Positions 1 through 11,421 of a stretch of 64,000 nt of DNA are shown here, piece by piece. The position numbers were made by a program, and so were the translations under genes. This DNA comes from Azolla caroliniana. Lineage: Eukaryota > Plantae > Polypodiophyta. Position 1 is the first letter of the stretch, and the number at the start of each line of letters is the position of its first letter. Location: assembly GCA_043228905.1 (NCBI GenBank), contig JBHGNT010000007.1, forward strand, positions 8,184,001 to 8,248,000. Direction: 5' to 3'. The notes below the pieces were generated by a model. The model did not search any database. It saw only the letters and a list, made by a program, of their open reading frames with translations, and was not told the origin of the DNA.

Positions 1-52
1 CTGCTGAGGGATCTGTACGAGAAGAAGCGGAACATCAGGCGCATCGCGACGG

Positions 53-152
53 NNNNNNNNNNNNNNNNNNNNNNNNNNNNNNNNNNNNNNNNNNNNNNNN
101 NNNNNNNNNNNNNNNNNNNNNNNNNNNNNNNNNNNNNNNNNNNNNNNNNNNN
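53..152. other. Assembly gap (100 N)
   Basis: Run of N bases. Confidence 0.99.
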
Positions 153-914
153 AAGACAGTTGACTCGGATCAACAGATGGATCTGGACGAGTCGGATCGT
201 CTGAAGGCCAAGGGGACACGGACACAGCGGATGTCGATGCCATCGTGGGAGAACCGATGGATCGGCAAGCGACGGAATCACAGCAGCGTGAGTGCTGAGA
301 TGGGCCTATTGAACAAACATGCCGACCGAGAGGGTCGAGGCGCGCAGAACCAAAGGGGTCGCGGCAAACGGGACCGGACCAGACGAGGAGCGCAAACAAG
401 GCGGAGTGACGCCAGGAGAAGTCAGTTGGAAGAACCGACTGCCACAAAGGCCGACACTACGACCCCACCTCAGGTTGAGCTTGCCGCTCAACATTATTCT
501 TGTTGGTGCAAGAAAAGAGAGAAGAGAGAGAGAAAGAGGTTGTTGCCTCTGTTGTAACCGCCGCCTGTGGCGAAGATCGTGAGCACGAGGTCATTGCCTC
601 CGTGAACTCACTGTTTTGTACATTCCCAACATAGTGATAGTTTGCAGCTTGTAGGCTGCCGTGGTTTTTCCCTCTTTGGGTTTTCCACGTAAACATTCTG
701 TGTACCCTTTTCTCTCCTTTGTGTCGCGTGTTTTCGGTTTCCTGTTTCCTGTGTATGAAAAGAATCTCGGTTGGGGCCGAGCGTTGTGCAAAAGGAGCGT
801 TGAGTTCTCGTCACTGCTCTCTCTATCTCGCTCATGTATTGTGTATTCTTAAGCTACCATTAAACCTGTGTTTCTATTCTATTGTTGTTATCCGGCTGAG
901 CCGGTTTGTTTACA
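153..914 (+). mobile_element. Copia remnant: 3' tail-like segment followed by the 3' part of an LTR
   Basis: 540-790 resembles the U5 regions of the LTRs at 3228-3834 and 18444-19141 (TGTTGTAACCGCCG..GGCGAAGATCG.GAGCACGAGGTC, GGTTTTCCACGTAAACAT, CTCGGTTG.GGCCGAG). Possible end ...TTTACA at 914. CTCAGGTTGAGCTTG (PQVEL) resembles the end of the ORF of the Copia at 56.6 kb. Boundaries approximate. Confidence 0.55.
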
Positions 915-1099
915 AGCTTCTGCACGCTATTCTTTACATACCTAGTTTTTCAAATGTACGTTAAATACCATATTGGACAAATGTACATGATATTTGACTG
1001 AACAACATTGAGGTATAGTACGTACTATACAAATTTTGAGGTACTATATGTATTTAAATGTTAAATACGGGTATGTAAATAACCATGGTCTACACCTTC

Positions 1100-2700
1100 C
1101 ATCTGGAGGGCAACTAGTAGCACAAGCTTTGGTTAATGATTGTTTCATGTTTCTACAAGCCTCATGAGAGAATCTTGAGAAGGGGATGCTTGTATGGAAC
1201 CAAATTGCATTGGCTTTCGGATTACATATTAATTGGAGGAAGTCTAGTCTCATATCATGTACTGAAAGGGATTTGGAATGTTTAGGATGGCAAGGATCCG
1301 TGGTGAAGAAAGGATCTATTTTTTGACACTTGGGCTATCCATTAGGAATGAATGTTACAAATGGTCAATTGATTGAATGGATGTCTAGTATGTTGATGGA
1401 TACGTTCATGTATTGGAAGTCACAATCTTGGCCATTTCATGTACACTTGAAGGTTGTACAATGTACTATGGGACCCATGATATTATATTACTTGCCATTG
1501 TTGTCATGGACAAAGAAGGCTTTGCATTCTGTTTTGCAACCTCTTCGCTATTTGTTGTGGAAGAAGAGGGATAAGATGGGAATCACTTGGGTTGCGTGGA
1601 ATCATCTAGCAACCCCTAAGCACTTGGGGGGAGCTGGAATATTGAACTTATCTATGCATATGATGGCTCGTAAATTTTCATTATTACAAGACATGTGTTC
1701 AAGCTCACAACCATGGATATCTATTGTTCAATATTTCATTGAGAACAATTGTTTAACACATGGGAGGATAACGATTAAGGCTTCATGGAGGCAAAATTTA
1801 TTAAATGGATGTATTTCACTTAGAATTCCGGGCTCTTCATGTGTTTAGCACTTGGTTATCTCATGGCAAGAAGCACTCTTGTTATGTGTATGGAAACCAT
1901 CATCTAGTAGAGAGCATTGTAATTCTTTGCAAAAAGAGTTACTTATGTCTTCTCGGCTATTATGTTGGCCAAGAAATGAGAGATTGCGCTCTCAATTTAA
2001 TCGTTTGTTTCGTTTGGGGATCAAAGAGGTGGGAGATATAGTTGACGCTCCATCTCAAAGCATTTTGGAATTTGTTGAAGCGCGACAATTATTATGCATC
2101 CCGCCTAATTATGGGTTTATTTGGTAACAACTACAAAATATTGCATTGATGCAAGGTCCCTTACCTCTATAAATAGGAGAACAACTGTGGATTGATTGGT
2201 GTTTATGGGGTCAAACGCCGTTGTTACAAGTGACTACTAATCTTTTGTATCATTGCTTTGTTGAGTCTCTTGGATGGTTATCATCTAAGGCTGAAGAAGA
2301 ATGGAAAATACATAAATCAGATCATGGGTGGTGGCAGATCTTACAATGTAGTTGACACTCTAAATTGCCCCTTGTAGCAAAGGTCTTCATTTGGAGAGTT
2401 TTGATTGGAGGATTGCCTTTGAGATTAGCTCTAAAGCGTCGTGGACTAGCAATGGGCAATTGCTTTTTTGCACTATTCAAATTGAAGATAGTACTCATTG
2501 ATTTATACAATGTCTAATTGCTTGTCAAATTTGGAGTTACATTTCTCAAATTTGGCAAGTTTTATCACAATGTTATTTGACACCTAGACAATGGGTGTTT
2601 GCACAATTTACACAGGTTGACCCAAAATCAGAGATGCGGATTGTTTTTCTATTTCTCAGATATTGGGGATTGCGCCATAATTGGAACATGCACAACACGC
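1100..2700 (+). mobile_element. Degenerate L1-like LINE fragment (RT C-terminus to zf-RVT)
   Basis: Motifs FGLHINWRKS, LGYPLG, WVAWNHLATPKHLGGAGILNL and LPLVAKVFIWRVLIGGLPLRLALKRRG, with many stops and frameshifts. Confidence 0.85.
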
Positions 2701-2948
2701 TTTGTATTCGATGGTAGACATGAGTGAAAGCATATCTATGAAAGTTGAAAGGAGTACTAATGTGACAATTTTCTTTATTGAAGCAAGTGGAAATTCTTTC
2801 CTCAGTGGAGTGTTTGTCTTGCCTATTGGCAATTCAACATGTTCCACTACCCATGTAGTGTAGACAGTGGGTAACCATACTCCATTGTAATACCCATTGT
2901 AAGTAGTGTTTTTTACACACATTTATTAATATAATTATGTGTTTTCAC

Positions 2949-2951
<3 letters not shown>

Positions 2952-2993
<42 letters not shown>
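2952..2993. repeat. (AG)n microsatellite
   Basis: About 20 AG units. Confidence 0.97.
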
Positions 2994-2994
<1 letters not shown>

Positions 2995-3227
2995 CACTCA
3001 ATGTAACAATCTTATTGCAAAAGTTGCAATACAAAAATGGCACTATCAACAACAACTAACTAGGTTACAAGAGTCAATTTAAATACCAACTAACTTGGGC
3101 AATCACCCTTTGCAGTATTTGCATAAATAGCCTAAACCTAGTGTGTCCAAATGGGACAGCGTGAATACATCCCAAGTGGCACTGTGGATAAGGATGTCAT
3201 CGAGATAAATGAGGAGCACACCTTTCT

Positions 3228-6200
3228 TGTTGGGAATTCGGTCCCTCCAGATTAGAACCGGACAAGCTAAATGAAGGAACCGGATCTGGAAGGGTTCCGG
3301 ATGAGATCCGGAAACCGGATCAAGTGGATCCGGATGGATCCGGTGCAAACCGGATCCAAGGACATATTTGTAAATATGTTAGAGTAAGCCCATTGAGGCT
3401 ATATTTGTAAATAGCTTTCTAGTCATATGAGTATAAATAGGACTTAGGACAACCACATAGATTGTGATGTGATGTCATTATTGTGAGTTGTTGTTGTTGT
3501 TGTTGTTGTACAGAGAGAGAGAGAGAGAGAGAAAGCGAGAGAGTAGCTATGAGCACTTTCTGTTGTAACCGCCGTCTGGCGAAGATCGCGAGCACGAGGT
3601 CGTTGCCTCTATGTTCCCACTTTTTATTTCCTCTCATATAGTGATAGTCCGGAGTCCGTGGGCTCCCATGGTTTTTCCCAATTAGTGGTTTCCACGTAAA
3701 CATCTTGTGTTCTCTATCGTTGTTTTGTGTATGTGCATTCATCATACCTATTTCCCATTTCTATGTTTGGTCCTTCATAGAGTGATTTGAGACTCGGTTG
3801 TGGCCGAGCAATACTTCCGCGCTAGTTCCTGACAAACTGGTATCAGAGCGAACAACACAGGAAATGGAAGAGTCGTTTGGCGGCATGTTCAAGCTCACCG
3901 GCTCCAACTACTTAGTGTGGAAGTCAAAGATGAGGGACATGCTAGTGGTTAAATATCTTTGGTTGTCGGTATAGTTCGGGGACAAGAAACCGGATAAGAT
4001 TGATGCCGCGACATGGGAGGTGATGCACATAAAGACGACGACGTACATCCGGTGCTTCATCGACATGAGCCTATACAACAACGTCAATGAAGAAAGTAAG
4101 GCTCATGAACTCTGGGAGAAGATTGGCATCATGTTCCAGAACAAAAATGTCGTTAATCAGGTTTTGGTATTCCGGAAGTTATTGAGGCTTTGATACCAAG
4201 ATGGCTCCAGTATGGCGGAGCACATGAATGCCTTCCAGGGGCTAATACACAAAGCCACCTCGTTGGAAGTACCTCTCATGGATGAGGTACTCACATTGCT
4301 CCTGCTCGGTTCCCTCCCAGATAGTTGGGAGACGTTAGTTGTCACGTTGGGCAACATCAGGCCGGAAGGAAAGCAGTTGTCCCTAGCAAGGGTAAAATCA
4401 AGCTTGCTAGATGAAGAAGCTTGCCGGAAGGACCGGGAGTCCGGAACCAATCCGAAGGCCTTGGTTACGGAAGATGACCACAACCGGGGAAGAGGCCGGT
4501 ATCGGAGTCCCCAAAACCGGGACAAATCGGGGACGAGGTTGAAGTCAAGGGGGAGGCCTACTTGCTTCTACTGTGGGAAGCCGGGGCACTTCCAGAAGAA
4601 CTGTCGGCATTTTCGGAAAGAGAAAGGAACCGACAGTGTCGATTCGAAGAAGAGTTCGGACCGGAAAGGGTTGGATCAGAAGGGAACATCGGCAATCACA
4701 ACAAGTGAAGAATAACTGTTGCTCAACACCGAGGAGAATGAGTTAAACCTTGCCGGTGACGAGACAACGTGGGTTGTCAATTCCGGAGCATCGTTCCATT
4801 TGACACCGGACAGGAGATGCTTTTCATCCTACACAACTAGAGATCACGGTTGTGTCCGGATGGGGAATGAAGGGACCTGCCGAATCATCTGCATAGGAGA
4901 TGTGTTGTTGACGACATCAATCGAATGCAAGTGTTGTTGAAGGACGTCTGACACGTTCCGAAGGTTCGGTTGAACCTGATATCAGCCGGTCGGCTAGATG
5001 ATGAAGGCTACACGAGTAGCATCTAGAACGGAATCATGAAGTTCAGCAAGGGAAGCTTGATCGTGGCTCGAGCCCGGAAGATCAACACACTATACCTGAT
5101 GCAGGTCTGGATATGCTAGGAAGAAGTGAACATAGCATCCAACATTGCCGATGAGTTGTAGCACAAGAGGTTGTGCCATATGAGCCAGAAGGGGATGAGG
5201 AGACTTGCCGAAGACAATCTCATTCCAGTGAAAGATGTGCATCTTGAGAAGTGCACCGATTGCCTAGCTGGCAAGCAAAACCGAACCTTCTTCCGGTCAA
5301 GACTACCGATGAGACGGAATGCACCACTAGAGCTAGTGCATACCAATGTGTGTCAAGTGGGCACGAATTCACATGCTAGATCGCAGTACTTCGTGATGTT
5401 CATAGATGACCACAGCTGGAAGTTGTGGGTCTCACCGCTGAAGACAAAGGACCAGGTGTTATCCGTCTTCAAGGAGATTCACGCGAGAGTGAAAAAGAGA
5501 AACCGGCCGGAAGCTGAAGGCAGTTTGAGCTGATAACAGAGGAGAATATCGGGGGCAGTTTGACGAGTACTGTCAGTCGAAGGGAATCCGGCTCGAATTC
5601 ACCGTGCCGAAGACGCCGGAACTAAACAGGTTGGCCGAGCGGATGAACCGGGCCATGATGGAGAGAGTTTGGAGCATGTTGGCACATGCAAAGCTACCCA
5701 AGACGTTTTGGGCTGAGGTGTTGATGATGGTGACGTATGTAATAAATAGATCACCCTCAGCACCCTTGGACAAAGACACACCACAGAGAGTATGGACTAG
5801 CATCTGAAGGTGTTCGGGTGTCTCGCATATGTGCATGTTGCAAAGGACAAGAGAGCAAAGTTGCAAAGTTGCTTGGATACGATGATGGTGAGTTTGGTTA
5901 CTGGGTGTGGGATCTGGTCGACAAGGTGTTCCGGAGTCGGGACATAGTCTTCATGGAAGACAGGACCATTGCCGACTGGGAGTCGGAGAAGAAGGTGATG
6001 AACTCCGGATCATCCAATGAAAACCGGCTTGAGGACACAAGGACTTACCCGGTTGAAAACCAGATATTAGTCGGTAACCAGATGACACTCGACAAACCGA
6101 CCGGATTCAAACAAGAAACTAAACCGACTGAAGAAGAAGACACCGGAACCTGACAAGACCCCAAAACGGATTTGGATGAGGAACATATGGAAGAACTGGT

Positions 6201-8463
6201 TGCCGAAAGCCAAGGACGGAGGTATCCGCTAAGGGAGAGAAAAGCCCTCGGAGATTTCCAGATGCAGAGCACGTATAGCTGACCGATGAGGGGGAGCCAG
6301 AAAGCTTCAAAGAAGCAAAGAAAGACACCCACAGCCACAAGTGGTTAAGTGCCATGCAGGACGAGATGGATTCCCTGCATGAGAACCACACATATGAATT
6401 GACGGAGCTACCGAAAGGAAAGAGAGCACTCCGGAATAAGTGGGTGTACAAGTTGAAACCAAGAGACACCGGAAATCCACTGAGGTACAAGGCCCAGATC
6501 ATGGTGAAGGGTTTCCAACAAAAGAAAGGTGTGGATTTTGATGAGATCTTTGCCCTGATAGTAAAGATGACATCCATCCGAACGGTATTGAGCATAGAGG
6601 CAAGCATGGACCTTGAGGTAGAGCAACTAGACATCAATACAGCATTCCTACATGGCGACCTCGAAGAAGAGATCTACATGCATCAACCAGAAGGATTTGA
6701 GAAGAAAGGGAAGGAGCACTTGGTGTGCCGGTTGAGGAAGAGCCTATACAGATTGAAGCAAGCCCCCTAGCAATGGTACCGGAAGTTCAACTCCTTCATG
6801 ACCGACCAAGGGTACCACAAAACGCAACCTGATCACTACGTGTTTGTAAAGAAATTCAACGGAGGAGATTTCCTGATACTCCTCCTTTATGTTGATCGTT
6901 GGACGAGACCAAGTCAAGATACAGATGCTGAAGAAGGCTCTAAACCGAACCTTCTCAATGAAAAAGTTAGGTCCGGCAAGACAGATATCGGGAATGCACA
7001 TAATCCAGGACCTGTCGAAGAAGCTGTTGTGGTTGTCTGAGGAAAAGTACGTGATAAAGGTACTCCAAAGGTTCAACATGTCGGAGGCGAAACCGGTCAG
7101 ATCGACACTCCCGGCAAACTGGAGATTTTCTGAAAAGCAAAGCCCGAAGACAAAGGCAGAGAATGCGGATATGATGGAGATACCATATGCCTCTGCCATC
7201 GGAAGCTTAATGTACGCAATGGTGTGCACCCGGCTGGATATTGCATATGTTGTCGGAGTAGTCAACCAGTTCATGAGTAGTCCAGGAAGAGAGCACTGGA
7301 ATGCGGTCAAGTGGATACTCTGGTATCTGAAAGGCACCTCGAGTATGTGCCTCCGGTTTGGCTCCAATAAACCCCAACTTGACGGATTCACAGATTCGGA
7401 TATGTCGGCTGATGCGGATACCAGCCGATCTACATTTGGATATGTCATGACTTATGCAAGGGGAGTCGTATCATGGCAATCGAGGCTGCAGAAGTCCGTT
7501 GCACTATCGACAACAGAAGCGGAGTACATGGCAGTTGTGGAAGCCGGCAAGGAAGTAATCTGAATGAAGGACTTCATTGGAGAGCTAGGGATTCGATAAG
7601 AGGAATACTGGCTCTACTGCGACAGTCAAAGTGTCATCCACCTTGCGAAGAATGCGGCCTACCATTCCCAGACCAAGCACATCCAGAGGAGATATCACTG
7701 GCTCCAGGACAAGGTAGAAGATCAAGACTTCGTGTTGATGAAGATCCACACGAAGGAGAAGGGATCAGATATGCTAACCAAGGTGCTTTCAACTGACAAG
7801 CTGGACACGTGCAGAAGACGGATCGGATTAACAAGAAATCTCATGCCGGAGTGAAGGGGGAGTTTGTTGGGAATTCGGTCCCTCCGGATGAGAACCAGAG
7901 GAGCCAGATGAAGGAACCAGATCCGGAAGGGTTCCAGATGAGACCCGGAAACCGGATCGAGTGAATTCGGATGGATCCGGTGCAAACCGGATCCAAGGAC
8001 ATATTTGTAAATATGTTAGAGTAAGCCCATTGAGGCTATATTTGTAAATAGCCCTAAAGTCCTATGAGTATAAATATGACTTAGGGCAACCACATATGTT
8101 GTGATGTGATGTCATTATTGTGAGTTGTTGTTGTTATTGTTGTTGTACAAAGAGAGAGAGAAAGCGAGAGAGCAGCTACGAGCACTTTCTGTTGTAACCG
8201 TCATCTGGCGAAGATCGCGAGCACGAGGTCGTTGCCTCTATGTTCCCACATTGTATTTCCTCTCATATAGTGATAGTTCGGAGTTCGTGGGCTCCCGTGG
8301 TTTTTCCCGATTAGGGTTTTCCACGTAAACATTCGGTGTTCTCTATCATTGTTTTGTGTACGTGCTTTCATCATACCTATTTCCCATTTCTGTGTTTCGT
8401 CCTTCATAGAGTGATTTGAGACTCAATTGTGGCTGAGCAATACTTCTGCGCTAGTTCCTGACA
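3228..8463 (+). mobile_element. Full-length but degenerate Ty1/Copia element
   Basis: LTRs 3228-3834 and 7865-8463 (TGTTGG..TGACA). PBS TGGTATCAGAGC at 3838-3849. PPT GAAGGGGGAG. Gag zinc knuckle CFYCGKPGHFQKNC, then PR, INT, RT and RNase H in Copia order with many stops. No TSD. Confidence 0.95.
3864..7854 (+). pseudogene. Copia gag-pol pseudogene
   Basis: ORF pieces 4212-4715, 4719-4940, 5171-5533, 5604-5807, 6354-6770 and 6889-7563 are homologous to the intact ORF at 19172-23245. Confidence 0.9.
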
Positions 8464-8700
8464 AACTTTATGAGGGTGGTGAAGATGGAGTTGGCCATGA
8501 GTTGGAATGTGTTATTGGCATCAGACAGGCCGAACGGAATGCGGGTGAACTGGAACGATCCGTGTCGTGTGAAGAATGCGGTTTTGTGGGCATCAAAAGG
8601 CTTTAGAGGGATTTGCCAGTATCCCGAGGCTAAGTTGAGGGAGGTGAAATAACGGGAGCGACCAAGCTGATCCAAGAGGTCGTCCACACGAGGGCAGAGG

Positions 8701-9211
8701 TGTTGAAAAACAGTGCTCGGCCACAACCGAGGAATAGGACCAACTCACAGAAAACGGGAAATACAAAGTACACGAAGACTTTCGAGAGAAGAGTACACAG
8801 GATGTTTTACGTGGAAAACCCTAAATGGGAAAAACCACGGGAGTCCTCAAACTCCAACTATCACTATGAACAGAGATGTACAATGGTGAAGCCACAAGGC
8901 AACAACCTTGAGCTCACTGTCTTCGCCACAAGCGGCGGTAATACACAGAGGCAACGACCTCTTCGTCTTTCTCTCTCTCTCTCTCTCTCTCGGCTGCTCT
9001 CTTCACTCTCTCTAAGTGGAAAACAGAAAAATGAGCAACAACATAAACTGTTTGCCCTAAGTCATATTTATACACATATGACTTTCGGGCTATTTACAAA
9101 TATAGTCTCCGCATCCGGATCTCTCTCCGGGTACTTCGTCATCCGGCTCCGTAACCGGGGTCTTCATCATCCGGCTCCGTAGCCGGGGTCTTCATCATCC
9201 AGCTCCGTAGC
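8701..9211 (-). mobile_element. Truncated Copia LTR flanked by a 116-bp direct duplication
   Basis: Reverse complement resembles the LTR at 18444 (28-bp CTACGGAGCCGGATGATGAAGACCCCGG units, TATAAATATGACTTAGGGCAAACAG). Intact ..TCAACA end at 8701; the other end breaks inside the repeat. 8585-8700 = 9212-9327 (1 mismatch). Confidence 0.85.
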
Positions 9212-9470
9212 TGTGGGCATCAAAAGGCTTTAGAGGGATTTGCCAGTATCCCGAGGCTAAGTTGAGGGAGGTGAAATAACGGGAGCGACCAAGCTGATCC
9301 AAGAGGTTGTCCACACGAGGGCAGAGGTCATGGATAGTCAATTTGTTTAGAGGCCTGAAGTTGATGCAGAAGTGGAAGGTGTTGTCATGAATCCGTGAAC
9401 ATTATGCTTCACTTGGACTTGAACCCAAGACTTCGTATTACGAAATTCGAAGCCTAACCATTAAGGATGG

Positions 9471-9646
9471 AAGCATTGGGAGGCTGTAACGCAGATCTTC
9501 AGGCACCTAAGAGGAACCGAAGATGCACAATTGACTTTCGGATTGGCAAATCCGACCGAAGTCGAAGGCTACACCGACTCTCCCAGTTCGACTACATCCA
9601 AAAGGTGTTGAGACACTTCAACATGGAAAATGCCAAGCCAACACCA
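9471..9646 (+). mobile_element. Two Copia RT fragments in scrambled order
   Basis: KHWEAVTQIFRHLRGT..EGYTDS (RT end) precedes LSQFDYIQKVLRHFNMENAKP, which normally lies upstream. Confidence 0.7.
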
Positions 9647-9649
9647 GTC

Positions 9650-10870
9650 TTCAGCTCCAAGCCTACCTTGTATCCAACTCATCCTTGTACTCATTCTATT
9701 CTAATAAACCCACTCTTCTCTTATCAATCCATTCTTCTATTCTCTTATACCTTCCTTCAATAGACCAATCTCTTTCTTTGTTCTGACAGTTTGATGCGAA
9801 CTTCTTCTCCTTTACCCTCTTCCACAAACACTAGTAAGTACCCATGGCTACTAGCAACCCACAAGAATACCTCGCCTTTGTTGCAGAAATGGAGAATCTC
9901 AAAAGCAAGTTGCATCACTAGAGCTAGAGAATCAACAACTGCTTGAAGATCTACATAAGGTTTCTGTAGAGAAGCAACAAATACACGACGAGTTTACACA
10001 AAGGGTTCAACAATTAGAGTCGGCAATAGTAGCTTTACAACAACTAAAAGTCAACGGTCAAGGAGTTCTTAAGGAGCCCAAAATCAGCCTCCCAGCTAAA
10101 TTCGATGGTTCGAGAGCACATTTTCGGGGTTTTATAAATCAAGTGCGGTTGGTGATCCAAATGCATCCCATGTGTTATCCAACAAATTCATCACGAGTTA
10201 GGTTGGTGGGTACTTTATTGACTGTCACAACATTGTCATGGTTTGCTCCATTGCTAGAAGCAAATCCTCCCCTACTTAACAACTTTGAAGAATTTATCAA
10301 AGAGTTTAAGGCTTGCTTCGGAGACACAGATAGTGTAAGAACGGCAATCAATAGGATTCGCACACTGTGGCAAGGGGATCAACTAGCATCAACGTATGCA
10401 ACCAATTTTTGTCTCATTGCAAGTGATATTCCTTGGGACAAACAAGCCTTAATGGAGCAGTTTCATTCGGGCCTCCATGGAGATGTGAAAGATTTACTTC
10501 TTACCTTCCTTGAGGATCCAAAATCCCTTACATAAGTTATTAACCGAGTAGTACGATGTGATAATCGGCTTTTTTGAGCGTCGGTCTGAGCGACAACAAC
10601 AACAAACAAGATCAAGATTTACGCCAAATTATGCATCAGTGATGACACAATCTCCAAGGCAACAATATAGCCCCATCCCAACTCCACAACAAGCACGTAG
10701 CCCGACACCGATGGAGATTGATATGACCCGGCGACGAGGACCGTTATCAGATGAAGAGAAACAATGTCATTGAGCAAATCGACTATGCTTATATTGTGGA
10801 GGTCCATGACATATTGTCATTCACTACCCGCATAGAACAAGACATCAGGTACATCAGATTAACTATAATA
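9650..10870 (+). mobile_element. Tcn1/sushi (PEG10-like) Gypsy fragment: LTR end and gag pseudogene
   Basis: KEPKISLPAKFDGSRAHFRGFINQV, ALMEQFHSGL, PTPMEID..RRGPLSDEEK and CLYCG zinc knuckle. LTR-like end ..TCTGACA near 9788 with no tRNA PBS. Confidence 0.75.
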
Positions 10871-11421
10871 ATAGAAATGAGTCTAGCATTGTTGAAATTG
10901 TGGACCGAGGGCCACCTGGACTTGGCTGAGGTGGGGGACAAGGGGGCTATTGTGTAGGAGGGGGAGCGGGAGAGCTCGTGTATTAGAGATCTAAGTACTA
11001 AAGTAAGATTAAGATAAGGATAAACAAATGATAGATAGAAAGGAGAAAGAGAAAGAAGGGTGCTGATCCACCCGACCACCCCCGAGCGAAGGGATCGAGA
11101 CGGACTCGAGCCTCGATCGGCGTCCCATACCACCGCCGTGGCGTCGAGTCCTACCTGGTGCTGGCGCGCTCGCTACAAGAGTTGACCCACCACAAGAGCA
11201 GAGTCTCGATGTAGTCAAAAGATGATCAAATGAGGGTAGCTAGGCCTCTTATTTATAGCGATACCCAAGGCCCCTAGGCAAGTTCACACTTGACCTAATG
11301 GGTTGTCTCAGTCCCGAGGATTAAAAGTAATCCTCCCCTTCTTTACACTCTCGTTTAACCCTCACACTTATCCACGTGTATAGAATACTACGGTAAATTC
11401 TCACCACGGGATATTAAATGG

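Noticed and set aside
3003-3168. TGTAAC..AATACA segment as a solo LTR or the 3' LTR of the old Gypsy
   Set aside because: No TSD and no clear similarity to 39529-39753
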